A DNA stretch of 57,856 bases from Candidatus Nomurabacteria bacterium (GCA_025361085.1 JANYAX010000018.1:1-57856); one strand, 5' to 3'; shown: positions 1 through 9,862, counted from the first letter of the stretch. The notes: generated from the letters alone by a model not told the origin. Translations and numbers: made by a program.

Positions 1-99
1 GCCTGAATTTCGCCCCGAATCCGCAAGGGAATCCGCCAAAAATGAATCGGAATTTAGCGCGCAAGCGCGCACTGTTTTTTCGCCGAGGAGGAGGTTCGA
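1..99. repeat. 99-bp perfect inverted repeat, copy A (may extend beyond the window start)
   Basis: Bases 1-99 are the exact reverse complement of 1669-1767. Confidence 0.95.
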
Positions 100-285
100 A
101 ATCAGAAGCTAGGAATTTGCTTTGTCCGAAAATACAAAAAGAATTTTTGTGTTGGAAATATTTTTGGTATACTGATATTGCTCACAATTATTATTAGTTA
201 ATCAGCAGGAATAGCTACATTGGTAACAATTTGATTAACGTTGAATTGTGAGCACCAGTGTAGCTATTCCTGTTTCAAAAATATT

Positions 286-1989
286 ATGCAAAAATTCTTT
301 TTGTATGCTCGCAAGTCAACCGATGTCGAGGATAAGCAGGTGTTATCTATCGAAGCACAACTCACCGAATTGCGGGAGTATGCCAAGCGAGAGAATATCG
401 AAATCTCCGCCGAATTAGTGGAAAAGCAATCTGCTAAAGTTCCAGGTCGTCCTATTTTCAATAAACTACTTGATGATATTGAAAAATTCGGCGGAAGTAT
501 TCTCGCATGGCATCCAGATCGTTTGGCCCGCAATTCAGTGGACGGAGGTCGGGTGATTTATCTCCTCGACACAGGGAAACTTGCGAGCCTCAAGTTTCCT
601 ACCTTTTGGTGTGATTCCACATCTCAAGGAAAGTTCATGCTCAACATGGCTTTCGGACAAAGCAAATACTATGTAGATTCTCTTTCCGAGAACACGAAGC
701 GTGGACTTCGCCAAAAAGTCCGTAATGGTGACTATCCAAGCCAAGCGCCTGTGGGATATATCAACGACAGCAGAACAAAGTCTATCGTGGTAGACAAGAA
801 AAAATCTCGCGTCATCCGCTTGGCTTTTGAACGATACGTCAAAGGTGGTCAAAGACTGGAAGATATCGCAAACTTTTTGGCGAAGAACGGAGTATCCACG
901 CGTTCCGAAAAGAGAATGTCCAAATCTCGTGCGACTTTCATTCTTTCCAATCCTTTCTACATTGGTTTATTCAAATATGGTGGTGAACGCCACGAAGGAA
1001 AGTACGAGCCAATCATTTCAAAGAAACTTTTTGATGAAGCACAGGAAATGCTCAAACTTCGTGGTCAACCTGAACGAAAAGCTAAAAACGAACCACAACC
1101 TTTCTGTGGTCTCATTTCCTGTGCTTCATGCGGAATGATGATAACTGGCGAACATAAATTCAAACGGCAGAAAAATGGGAATGTTCACGAGTATACATAT
1201 TACCGTTGTACCAAAAAGAGAAAAGATTTTGTGTGCAAAGAATCTGCCGTTAGAGAAGAAGAAATGGATCGCCAGTTATCATCTCTCATTCAAAAAGTTT
1301 CTTTGCCCAAAGACTGGGCCGAAGAATTAAGTAGTCTTGCTTTGCAAGACTACAAAAATTCCGCCCCGTCTTTGACTGCTAGTGTGAAAGAGAAAGAAAC
1401 AAGATTGTCGGTCATTTCACAAAAGTTAGAGCGACTTCTTAACGGCTATTTAGATCAAGTAATTGACCAAGACGATTATCGTTTACAAAAAGGAAAGTTG
1501 TTATCTTCCAAGAAGTCGCTCGAGGAAGAAATGACCTCTCTTTCACACAAGCAGAATGATTGGCTCGAACCTTTCCAAAATTGGTTAAAAGTCGCACAGA
1601 GCTTGGACAAAACCGCTTCTGATTCAGACCTTTTTGCTAAAAAGGTCTGTGCCAAAGAAATCTTTGGCTCGAACCTCCTCCTCGGCGAAAAAACAGTGCG
1701 CGCTTGCGCGCTAAATTCCGATTCATTTTTGGCGGATTCCCTTGCGGATTCGGGGCGAAATTCAGGCGAAACACAGTGGGCGTGCCTTCGGCACGCCCAC
1801 ACATCGGCTCGTTCAGAGCCTCTAAGTTCTGTATTAGTGCGCGAGAGAGGACTTGCACCTCCACGTCTTACGACACACGCACCTCAAGCGTGCCTGGCTA
1901 CTAAGTTACAGCACTCGCGCATATATAGCACTCTATCAAAAAAATCCACTTTTGTGAAATGGATTTTTTTGATAATTATTCTGATTTAA
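286..1989 (+). CDS. Large serine recombinase (resolvase + recombinase + Zn ribbon + coiled coil)
   Basis: YARKS catalytic Ser motif, DRLARN, CASCG...YYRC Zn ribbon; ATG at 286 preferred over TTG at 241; C-terminal tail reads antisense through tRNA-Leu. Confidence 0.92.
   Translation: MQKFFLYARKSTDVEDKQVLSIEAQLTELREYAKRENIEISAELVEKQSAKVPGRPIFNKLLDDIEKFGGSILAWHPDRLARNSVDGGRVIYLLDTGKLASLKFPTFWCDSTSQGKFMLNMAFGQSKYYVDSLSENTKRGLRQKVRNGDYPSQAPVGYINDSRTKSIVVDKKKSRVIRLAFERYVKGGQRLEDIANFLAKNGVSTRSEKRMSKSRATFILSNPFYIGLFKYGGERHEGKYEPIISKKLFDEAQEMLKLRGQPERKAKNEPQPFCGLISCASCGMMITGEHKFKRQKNGNVHEYTYYRCTKKRKDFVCKESAVREEEMDRQLSSLIQKVSLPKDWAEELSSLALQDYKNSAPSLTASVKEKETRLSVISQKLERLLNGYLDQVIDQDDYRLQKGKLLSSKKSLEEEMTSLSHKQNDWLEPFQNWLKVAQSLDKTASDSDLFAKKVCAKEIFGSNLLLGEKTVRACALNSDSFLADSLADSGRNSGETQWACLRHAHTSARSEPLSSVLVRERGLAPPRLTTHAPQACLATKLQHSRIYSTLSKKSTFVKWIFLIIILI
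1669..1767. repeat. 99-bp perfect inverted repeat, copy B, inside the recombinase CDS
   Basis: Reverse complement of 1-99. Confidence 0.95.
1776..1800. repeat. GC-rich 11-bp hairpin (terminator for tRNA-Leu or att-associated)
   Basis: GTGGGCGTGCC-TTC-GGCACGCCCAC. Confidence 0.7.
1838..1920 (-). tRNA. tRNA-Leu(GAG)
   Basis: Acceptor GCGCGAG/CTCGCGC, anticodon arm CACGC-TTGAGGT-GCGTG, long variable arm, T arm GGAGG-TGCAAGT-CCTCT. Confidence 0.92.
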
Positions 1990-2368
1990 CTTCTTCTGGC
2001 TCTTCTTTCGAAAGAGTTACACTCTTCAATCTCTTCTTAACTTCTTTAACGGCTTTTGTCCTTATATAGTAGAGCTTACTTCGGCGTGTTTTTGATTTTC
2101 GGATAACTTCAATCTTATCAACATTTGGAGAATATAGTGGGAAAATACGTTCTACTCCAACACCTGAGGCCACTTTTCGTATTGTGAATGTTGCTCCACT
2201 TTCTGTTCCATGTTTTCGTGAAAGAACAAGACCCTCAAACGCTTGTAAACGAGTTTTTCCCTTTTCTAAAATTTTACTCCATACACGAACAGTATCACCA
2301 GCTTTAAAATCAAGCTTTTTTCGGCTCTCTTGTGCAACTGAAGTAAATTGTTTTTTCGTTATTTCCAT
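1976..2368 (-). CDS. rplS: 50S ribosomal protein L19
   Basis: [39 protein letters not shown]; ATG at 2368 preferred. Confidence 0.96.
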   Translation of the reverse strand: MEITKKQFTSVAQESRKKLDFKAGDTVRVWSKILEKGKTRLQAFEGLVLSRKHGTESGATFTIRKVASGVGVERIFPLYSPNVDKIEVIRKSKTRRSKLYYIRTKAVKEVKKRLKSVTLSKEEPEEVKSE

Positions 2369-2465
2369 GGATTCTACTTTATCACATATAGCTATTTTAA
2401 GCAAGATTTTATTAAAAAATAAAAGACTCGAAGGTTTTTAGGCCTCAGAGTCTTTACAATAAATT

Positions 2466-3179
2466 CTACAATTTCTTGAAACCAATACCAGTTCCTGCCG
2501 GCCATTCAAAGTCATCATTAACCTCGTACATGTTAATCCCGATATGACTATTGGTTTTACGAGCCGCACGGAAACGATATAGTTCCTTGTCCTCCTTTTT
2601 AATCTTCAAAAAGACAACAAATCCGGCTTCATTCTTGTCCACTTCGCCACTTAAAATCGCTTGCCGGATAATAAATAGAGCTTCCAAGGAATCATATATC
2701 TTCTGTATTTTTGCTTCCCCGGCCTCTTCTAAAATTTTCTTATTGGAAGTTAAAGGAAGAAGCAATCTATACACACCGACATCGAAATTTTTGTCAATAT
2801 CAGAGACAGATAGGCCTTGCAATTTCCTACAGATATCGTCATCTATATAAAGATGGAAGTCAATATTTCCAATTCGGTTTTCTCTTTCATAAATTGGTTC
2901 AGAAAAATTTTTGATAAATTCTTTCCCAACAGTTGAACCTTCTGGACTTGAACACTTCATTATACCCAGAGAACCAGTTAGTTTAAAAAAAATTGAAGTA
3001 AACAAATTTATTTTAACTCCTGATAAACCTCCAACTATCCCCTTTTTAAGCTCATCCCTATTGCTAGGGCTGATCCAGTATTCTATTTTATTCAGAGAAA
3101 AATTTGAAATCAGAATATCAGTAATTATTCCAGTGAGTCTCAAGTACTGTTCAAACTTACCATAAATACGTGGTGCCAT
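2466..3179 (-). CDS. Hypothetical protein (237 aa)
   Basis: Long ORF with its own promoter-like sequence and downstream hairpin; no motif recognised. Confidence 0.65.
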   Translation of the reverse strand: MAPRIYGKFEQYLRLTGIITDILISNFSLNKIEYWISPSNRDELKKGIVGGLSGVKINLFTSIFFKLTGSLGIMKCSSPEGSTVGKEFIKNFSEPIYERENRIGNIDFHLYIDDDICRKLQGLSVSDIDKNFDVGVYRLLLPLTSNKKILEEAGEAKIQKIYDSLEALFIIRQAILSGEVDKNEAGFVVFLKIKKEDKELYRFRAARKTNSHIGINMYEVNDDFEWPAGTGIGFKKL

Positions 3180-3237
3180 TTTTTGTTTATTTAAAATTGT
3201 TTAAAGATCAAATTTAATTAGCTTTTTACCTTCTCAT

Positions 3238-3267
3238 ATTAAAGCATATTTATAAGACATTTGTCAA
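3238..3267 (-). promoter_or_regulatory. Sigma70-type promoter for 2466-3179
   Basis: TTGACA-N18-TTTAAT with extended TG. Confidence 0.55.
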
Positions 3268-3357
3268 GCACAACAACTTGAATTATATCCTGAAGTGCAA
3301 CACCCCAAGCTTCTAATGGTGTCAGCCAATTCAACCTTTTTCTGAGCTAGGCAAGAC

Positions 3358-4149
3358 CTAGCTCAAGTATTCTTTTATCACCTTTTTAAAATCTGTGGGG
3401 AGGGGTGATTCAACAGTTTTAAGCTCACCGCTAGGTAAAGCAAAAGTTATAGAAAAAGCGTGGAGTGCCAATCTTTTCATCCCGAGGGCCAAATCTTTCG
3501 ATCCGCGATAAAGAGGGTCAGAAACTATGGGGTGATTGATAAAGCGCATGTGCACTCTTATCTGGTGGGTACGGCCAGTCTTGGGATAAGCCTCAATATA
3601 TGAATATTGGTGTTCAACATTTTTCTTCTCAATCCCATTTTGAGTATCAGTAAATTTATTTAAAATAATATATTCAGTGACTGCTTCTTTCAGCGGTTCA
3701 CGAGCCCCGCGCCCGGCAGTATATGCACGGATATCTTTCTGCGATCGCCCAATAGGAACATTTATCACTCCCCTACCTCCTGTGGCCAGTGAAGCTTTTG
3801 GGTCAGACACATATCCATACACAAAAGCCCGATAAACTTTTTTCATTTTATGATTTTGAAATTGTTCTTTGAGAAAAAGAAAAGTTTTTTGATTTTTGGC
3901 AACGAGCAAAACACCAGATGTTTCTTTATCTAAACGGTGCACAATCCCTGGACGCAAAATTTTTTCTTTCTTACCACCTTCTTTTTCTATCAACATAGGT
4001 TCACCGACATTTTTGATTTTCGGATAATTTAACATTAACCAATCTGCCACTGTATCCATCTCTGTTTTCCCATCAGGGTGTACAGCCATACCAGTCGGTT
4101 TGTCTAAAACCAACACATTTTTATCTTCGAAAAGAATTTGTACTTTCAT
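3358..4149 (-). CDS. RluA/RluD-family pseudouridine synthase
   Basis: DKPTGMAVHP, HRLDKETSG, TGRTHQIRVH, LALHA. Confidence 0.95.
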   Translation of the reverse strand: MKVQILFEDKNVLVLDKPTGMAVHPDGKTEMDTVADWLMLNYPKIKNVGEPMLIEKEGGKKEKILRPGIVHRLDKETSGVLLVAKNQKTFLFLKEQFQNHKMKKVYRAFVYGYVSDPKASLATGGRGVINVPIGRSQKDIRAYTAGRGAREPLKEAVTEYIILNKFTDTQNGIEKKNVEHQYSYIEAYPKTGRTHQIRVHMRFINHPIVSDPLYRGSKDLALGMKRLALHAFSITFALPSGELKTVESPLPTDFKKVIKEYLS

Positions 4150-4232
4150 AACTGCATATTATCACACTATTGAAATATATTAAAAATATGATAGTATTAG
4201 CTTGTTATAAGATGTTTAATGAAATATAACAT

Positions 4233-4305
4233 GCGCGCTTAGCTCAGTTGGTAGAGCAACTCATTTACACTGAGAAGGTCGGGGGTTCAAGTCCCTCAGC
4301 GCGCA
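4233..4305 (+). tRNA. tRNA-Val(TAC)
   Basis: Cloverleaf GCGCGCT...AGCGCGC-A, anticodon loop TTTACAC, GGTTCAAGTCC. Confidence 0.95.
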
Positions 4306-4317
4306 CAGATAACCCCT

Positions 4318-4392
4318 GCCCCTGTAGTTCAATGGATAGAACTGCGGACTTCTAAGCCGTCGATGTAGGTTCGATTCCTGCCAGGGGCACCA
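4318..4392 (+). tRNA. tRNA-Arg(TCT)
   Basis: GCCCCTG...CAGGGGC-ACCA, anticodon loop CTTCTAA. Confidence 0.95.
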
Positions 4393-4433
4393 TTAAAAAA
4401 TCGGCTTCATGCCGATTTTTTAATGGTGCCCCT
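4383..4433. terminator. Bidirectional terminator-like hairpin with 23-bp arms overlapping the tRNA-Arg 3' end
   Basis: AGGGGCACCATTAAAAAATCGGC-TTCAT-GCCGATTTTTTAATGGTGCCCCT. Confidence 0.75.
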
Positions 4434-4454
4434 TGGCACAAAAGTTATATCATA

Positions 4455-4772
4455 TCAGATACTTGGATCTTTGTATTGATGAATTCCATTTTCAATCTCT
4501 TTTTCTTTAATCAATTTGCCGGCAAATGAATCATTAACCTTTTTAAATAATTTATCATTTATTAAAACTGACGTTTCTGTAGGTTTTACTTCGGTTTGGA
4601 ACATTTGTTGATTTTTTATTTCATACAAAAGATATAGACTGAAAACAACAAGCAAAATAATTATCGCAAAAAAAACATATAGCAAATTTCTCCAATGATT
4701 ATGTGGATTAATTGCTCTAAAAGAAATTGCTGATTTTATTTTATTTTGGATTTCAGGTAAAGATATTTTCAT
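4455..4772 (-). CDS. Single-TM protein, last gene of the pilMN-pilO operon
   Basis: One hydrophobic helix; tightly spaced with upstream genes. Confidence 0.7.
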   Translation of the reverse strand: MKISLPEIQNKIKSAISFRAINPHNHWRNLLYVFFAIIILLVVFSLYLLYEIKNQQMFQTEVKPTETSVLINDKLFKKVNDSFAGKLIKEKEIENGIHQYKDPSI

Positions 4773-4776
4773 ATAA

Positions 4777-5331
4777 TTATTGAGAACTTAAAATATTAAA
4801 AGAGATATCAGCTTGCCACGAAGAAGAACCAATCACTTTACCTGATTTAATTTCTTCATTAGAAAGAGGCATGGTTTCTTTATTTATATACATCTGTGTG
4901 ACATTTACTTGATATGGAATATTTTCCAAAAGTGCGATGGTTTTGGCAACTCCTTGAAAATTCCCAACTATCGACAACTTACAAGATATGACATTTTTCG
5001 TTTTAAGAGGAATCTCAATATTTTTTACTAAAACATTCACCCCTGTTCTTATCCCAATATTCTCTAAATACCCGACAAATACATCGATTTCATTCGGATC
5101 TACGAAATGGCTATCGATAGAACTCTGTATTGATTTAATTTCCGTTATTTTTTCTGAAAACATTGCAGTGTTTTCTTTTTCTTTCATTTTTTGTTCTAGA
5201 GTTGAGAGGACTGCAGAAGTATGCTCATTTTTATTTTTTATAATTTTCAAAAAGAATACAAAAAGGCAAATCACGAGAATTGTTGTAATAATAGAAATTA
5301 TGAGTATTAAAATTGTTCGTGATTTTTTCAT
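4777..5331 (-). CDS. PilO-like type IV pilus alignment protein
   Basis: N-terminal TM, coiled coil, GNF...LLENIPY ferredoxin-like motif; follows pilMN. Confidence 0.7.
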   Translation of the reverse strand: MKKSRTILILIISIITTILVICLFVFFLKIIKNKNEHTSAVLSTLEQKMKEKENTAMFSEKITEIKSIQSSIDSHFVDPNEIDVFVGYLENIGIRTGVNVLVKNIEIPLKTKNVISCKLSIVGNFQGVAKTIALLENIPYQVNVTQMYINKETMPLSNEEIKSGKVIGSSSWQADISFNILSSQ

Positions 5332-5336
5332 ATTAA

Positions 5337-6968
5337 TTATTTAATAATTATTGAGATAGTAAATGGGAGATTGGTTTTTTCGAGGAAATTAGAAATTGGT
5401 AAATCAACCTCTGAAAAATTTGGATTGTTATCTAAATTGGTTTTGAAGCTACGCAAAGTATCACGGTTCGTGGCTACCCCATGAATTTCGAGAGACGAAG
5501 AACCTAGTATTTTGGTAATTTGTTTATTAAAAAGTATTTGAGAGAAAGTTATACCAGGAGTTTGGCTAGCCAGAATATCATCAATTATTTTATCACTTAC
5601 TAAATATGGGGCCCCTTCTTTATCTAAAATGCTCAATTTTGAATTGATGTCATTTATAGTTTTATCTATATTATCTGATGATAATTCCCTATTTTCTTTA
5701 TTAAATATTGCTAGACTATCTTCTACAAACATTTCTTTTGATTGAGAAAGAAAATATGTAGGGAGCAACAAAATAATTGCGATGACACCTACTATCGCGA
5801 CAAGATTCAAACACATAGTGAAAAATCTCATCCAATATTCTTTTTTAAGAAAAACTTTTTCTTCTTTAGGTAAGATATTTATGACTGATTGAGTTTTGTA
5901 CATATAACCACCAAGAGCAAGCCCGAGAACTGTCGCATAACTAAGTGATTCTTCAAATGTCATTTCTGGAATTGAATTTTCTGTATTTAAAATATTGACC
6001 CAAACATTTGCATTTTCTACTTTTATCTTCATACTTAGTTCTAAATATTCTGCCAAACCAGCCAAGTTGGCATCACCACCACAAAGAATGATGTGATTGA
6101 TCTGATTGTGCTCTGTGTTATTACTGTTGTGTGTACCCCAATATACATATTGCTTATTTATTTCATCACGTAGTACAGAGAGGCCATTTAGAACAGCCGG
6201 GAAAATATCTTCCGCTTTTGAACCTTTATCTATACCATACTCATGTTTCATTTTCTCCGCTTCATCAAAAGACAAAGAGAAATTCTTGGCTATCATATTT
6301 GTAAAATCCACACCTCCGAGAGAAAGTGTTGTGGTAAGGAAAACGCGTCCATTATTTGATATTGAAATTCCAGTTTTTGTATCACCGAAGTCAACTATCA
6401 TGACTGGATTATTATCTCCGACAAGGATAAGAGCTCTCGCTGTGGCCTGAGCTTCAAGTTCAAATGATACTGGAACCAATCCGGCTTTATCAAACACCGA
6501 TAAATAACTATCCATCGTTGCAGCTGCAATCGCGACAACTTCGACTAAGGTATTTTGATCATCTTCTTTGATAACATCATAGTCGAATAAAGAGTCTGTC
6601 GCTTTCAACGGGATATGTTCTTCTATCTGAAGAAGAATCATATCTCGAATATTGTCATTACCTGTTTTGGGAAGAGATAAAGTAAATAAATACATCTGCT
6701 CTTCTGGTAAAGACAATCTTATGTAGTGAATTTTTTCTTTATCTTTAATTTTTTTCAGAATTTTAACTAGCTCTTCTTCTTTTTCAATTTTACCAGAAAT
6801 GACAGCTCCATTTGGAATCATTTCTTTGCCATACTTACCCATACGAAGACCTGCCGAAGTCGCAATGAGTTCTCCATATTTAATAGATTGGTCAGAAATA
6901 TCGATAGCACAAGTATCCATGGTCAGATACTTTGGTGTTGGGAAATAGTGATTATAAAATCTTTTCAT
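5337..6968 (-). CDS. pilM: Type IV pilus assembly PilM-PilN fusion
   Basis: Actin-like IDISDQSIK, VDFGDTKT, LCGGDANL, VLGLALG, then INILP + TM + IHGVATNR...F PilN domain in one ORF. Confidence 0.85.
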   Translation of the reverse strand: MKRFYNHYFPTPKYLTMDTCAIDISDQSIKYGELIATSAGLRMGKYGKEMIPNGAVISGKIEKEEELVKILKKIKDKEKIHYIRLSLPEEQMYLFTLSLPKTGNDNIRDMILLQIEEHIPLKATDSLFDYDVIKEDDQNTLVEVVAIAAATMDSYLSVFDKAGLVPVSFELEAQATARALILVGDNNPVMIVDFGDTKTGISISNNGRVFLTTTLSLGGVDFTNMIAKNFSLSFDEAEKMKHEYGIDKGSKAEDIFPAVLNGLSVLRDEINKQYVYWGTHNSNNTEHNQINHIILCGGDANLAGLAEYLELSMKIKVENANVWVNILNTENSIPEMTFEESLSYATVLGLALGGYMYKTQSVINILPKEEKVFLKKEYWMRFFTMCLNLVAIVGVIAIILLLPTYFLSQSKEMFVEDSLAIFNKENRELSSDNIDKTINDINSKLSILDKEGAPYLVSDKIIDDILASQTPGITFSQILFNKQITKILGSSSLEIHGVATNRDTLRSFKTNLDNNPNFSEVDLPISNFLEKTNLPFTISIIIK

Positions 6969-7010
6969 TACAATACTATTATACGATAATAAGTGATTAT
7001 ATAAAAGGTC

Positions 7011-7613
7011 TTAAACCTTCTTTCTAAATTTTAATCTTATTACTTTAAAAATTATTGGAAGAAATGATACAACAATTATCAAAAAAGCAATTGGTATTAT
7101 GTATTTGTCTGGATCTGGTATTATCCCGCCCAAGAAATAACCAAGTAACAGCATACAAGAAACCCATAGAACTCCCCCTATAACATTGTATGAAATAAAT
7201 GATTTATATTTCATTCTTCCTATGCCGGCAACAATCGGTGCAAAAGTTCTAACCATCGGAACAAAGCGTGCCATAATGATCGTCGACTTCCCGTGTTTTT
7301 CATAAAAAATTTCTGAGTCATAAAGTCGCTTCTTCTTAAAGAAAAATCCTACATCTCTATCAAATAATTGTCTTCCATATTTTTTACCAGACCAATAACC
7401 AACACTATCCCCTGCAATTGCTGCGATTATGCAACAAATCAAGAGTATTTCTATGTTGAAAAATCCTTGCGATGCAAAAATCCCTGCTGTGAAAAGAAGT
7501 GAATCTCCTGGAAAGAAAAAACCAAAAAATAATCCAGTTTCTGCGAAGACAATCAGAACAACCCCGATTACTCCAAGCGTTTTAATAATTACTATTGGAT
7601 CCAATATTCCCAT
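7011..7613 (-). CDS. DedA/VTT-family membrane protein
   Basis: FAETGL..GFFFPGDSLLFTAG, ARFVPMVRTFAP. Confidence 0.95.
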   Translation of the reverse strand: MGILDPIVIIKTLGVIGVVLIVFAETGLFFGFFFPGDSLLFTAGIFASQGFFNIEILLICCIIAAIAGDSVGYWSGKKYGRQLFDRDVGFFFKKKRLYDSEIFYEKHGKSTIIMARFVPMVRTFAPIVAGIGRMKYKSFISYNVIGGVLWVSCMLLLGYFLGGIIPDPDKYIIPIAFLIIVVSFLPIIFKVIRLKFRKKV

Positions 7614-7646
7614 ATATTTTGGTGAAGGATAAAAATATTCTAATAA

Positions 7647-8015
7647 TTAATGAGCCCGAACCCCTGGAGGAACTTCGACTTCTGGAACAAGGAAAACCGG
7701 CTTGCTAATCCCGAGAGAATCCGAGGAACCATCGACAGCCATAAGCATACCATTACTTTCGACTCCTTTAATTTTTCTTGGTTCTAAATTTACAATGTAT
7801 AGAACTTGTTTGCCGATGAGTTTTTCAAACTCTGGATAAAATTCATGAATTCCCGAGACAATCTGCCTTAACTTTTTATTCCCCTCTTCATCCGTCTCAT
7901 TGAAATCGATCATGCATTTCAAAAGCTTGTCGGTTTCTGGCACTGGCTCCACTTCCCTAATCGTCCCCACTCTTATATCCATCTTTTTAAATTCTTCGTA
8001 AGATACGTATTCCAT
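7647..8015 (-). CDS. tRNA-binding OB-fold protein (MetRS C-terminal/Trbp111/CsaA-like)
   Basis: DIRVGTI, DKLL, RQIVSGI, VNLEPRKIKGVESNGM; ATG at 8015 follows TGTTATACT. Confidence 0.9.
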   Translation of the reverse strand: MEYVSYEEFKKMDIRVGTIREVEPVPETDKLLKCMIDFNETDEEGNKKLRQIVSGIHEFYPEFEKLIGKQVLYIVNLEPRKIKGVESNGMLMAVDGSSDSLGISKPVFLVPEVEVPPGVRAH

Positions 8016-8063
8016 TCCGTTAGTATAACATAAAAGAATACCCTTCAAAAAAATTCAAAGTAT

Positions 8064-8133
8064 ACCTCACCCCCTTCCCCTCTCCTTACAAAGGAGAGGG
8101 GCTAGGCTTGCGTACGCAAGCCAGGGGTGAGGT
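8064..8133. repeat. Branched GC-rich palindromic element (outer stem with two hairpins)
   Basis: ACCTCACCCC/GGGGTGAGGT enclosing CCCCTCTCCTT-ACA-AAGGAGAGGGG and GGCTTGCG-TA-CGCAAGCC. Confidence 0.8.
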
Positions 8134-9846
8134 CTAATATACTTCTTTTTTGTAGCATTCATCACAGTAAATAATCGGAGCTACATCTTTATTATAGATT
8201 GTCGAAACACCAACCCCACAACTAGAACAATTCCTTTTTTGCAATTTTGGAACTAGTCTTTTTTCTAAACGTCTTTTATGTCTTATATCAAAACAAACAC
8301 GAGGAAGCGGTAGATCCATTTTACGATAAAACGAAAGTTCATCAGGAGTAATGCGATAAGCTCCTACAGAATATTGGCTATCTTTTTCACTACAACCAAT
8401 AGTCTCATTCAAAATAGAATCTCCGATCTCTTCTATTGTCTCAGGCAATAATTCCCCTTCAATCGTTACAGTATAATTCTTTTTCTCTCTATCTTTCCAC
8501 CTATATCCTTTTGAAATTGCCTCCTCTTTTGTTAGTGGGAAAAAATCAATAGCTGCTGTCTCATTGTAAGCAAAATCTGAAAGTGAATTCGGAAAATGCT
8601 CCCCAAACCTATATTCTATTCCTCGAGAATCAACATATGGTATATTTTTCATCTGTTCAATAATCTTTGAAACTAATTTTTCATATTCTTCTTTGGTATA
8701 TTTTTTATTCAAGATCGAATATTCACCCTTTTTCAAACCTATACAACCAAAACAGTTCCCCGAGCTAACACAAGAATGACAGTAATACAAATCATGAGAC
8801 CCGATCCAGCATTGAGTGCAAAAAGAGATCCTCGATGAATTTATCCCAACATTTTCTGATTCATAAATTAACTCACAAGAATTTCCCCATTGAAAATAAT
8901 CCATGCAGTCTTGTGAATCAAAAATTGCAAAAAGATATTTACCATCTTTTACATTTATACACCAAAAAGAATCTTTAACATTTTTTGAATTCGTAAACCA
9001 ATTACCAGAAATATCTTCAGACTTCAATGAAACAACCGCACGCTGAGGAAACTTCTTTTTAAACTCGTTGAAATCGGCGTGCATCTTTTCTAAACCAGAA
9101 ACAGAATTTAATTTTAATTCTTTAATTTTTTCTTGATATTCTTCTTTAGAATATTTTTTATTAAAAATATAATACTGTTGATTAATTAAATTTACGCAAC
9201 CAACACAATTTGAGCAATTACGACAACCATACATAAACGAACAATCACGGCACTCTTTGCTTTCTTGAGAGAATTTCAAATTGTAACTTTTATCACAATC
9301 AATACACTCATAACAAATTTCACAATCAGTAATACAAAAACAATCAACACAATTCAAAACATCTTTTGCTATATATATGTACATGGAATCAGTCCCGCGT
9401 GTAGTGCGAAAAGCCATGTATGAGTTTTTCATATCATCAACTCGATGAGTATATGGGCTATTTACAGACATCCTCTGTTTAACAAGAGACATTCTAGGCA
9501 CCTTATTTTGTAACTCCATAAACTGATCAAAAAAGGGCATGGAGAAATCATAGTCTTGCCCATACTGATATGGATCCCATTGATCTCCGTACCAAATGTC
9601 TCTGTCATATACAGGGAATTTAGTATCTGTTGGATACATAGAAAAAATATCATCACCAGTAAAATCACATTTCCTTCTATATAGAACTCTTTCATTGGTG
9701 CTTGCAAATCTGCGTATCAGTCGACATTCTGGGCAAAAAGTTGGTGCCGGAACCTTAATTTTTTCGTAAAACGAAAAATCGTCCGGCTCAATAGTGAAGT
9801 CCTTTTTGCAATTCTGACACTCTTTTTTTTGTGGTTTATACTCCAT
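8134..9846 (-). CDS. Cys-rich conserved hypothetical protein (terminal Zn ribbons, internal CxxC/S repeats)
   Basis: CQNCKKDF, PTFCPECR, many CxxC repeats, C-terminal IYCDECY. Confidence 0.85.
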   Translation of the reverse strand: MEYKPQKKECQNCKKDFTIEPDDFSFYEKIKVPAPTFCPECRLIRRFASTNERVLYRRKCDFTGDDIFSMYPTDTKFPVYDRDIWYGDQWDPYQYGQDYDFSMPFFDQFMELQNKVPRMSLVKQRMSVNSPYTHRVDDMKNSYMAFRTTRGTDSMYIYIAKDVLNCVDCFCITDCEICYECIDCDKSYNLKFSQESKECRDCSFMYGCRNCSNCVGCVNLINQQYYIFNKKYSKEEYQEKIKELKLNSVSGLEKMHADFNEFKKKFPQRAVVSLKSEDISGNWFTNSKNVKDSFWCINVKDGKYLFAIFDSQDCMDYFQWGNSCELIYESENVGINSSRISFCTQCWIGSHDLYYCHSCVSSGNCFGCIGLKKGEYSILNKKYTKEEYEKLVSKIIEQMKNIPYVDSRGIEYRFGEHFPNSLSDFAYNETAAIDFFPLTKEEAISKGYRWKDREKKNYTVTIEGELLPETIEEIGDSILNETIGCSEKDSQYSVGAYRITPDELSFYRKMDLPLPRVCFDIRHKRRLEKRLVPKLQKRNCSSCGVGVSTIYNKDVAPIIYCDECYKKEVY

Positions 9847-9862
9847 ATATTTTTATTATGAG

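Noticed and set aside
3209-3216. Bacteroidota -7 promoter element TAAATTTG on the minus strand
   Set aside because: No TTTG at the expected -33 position; such a match is likely by chance in AT-rich DNA
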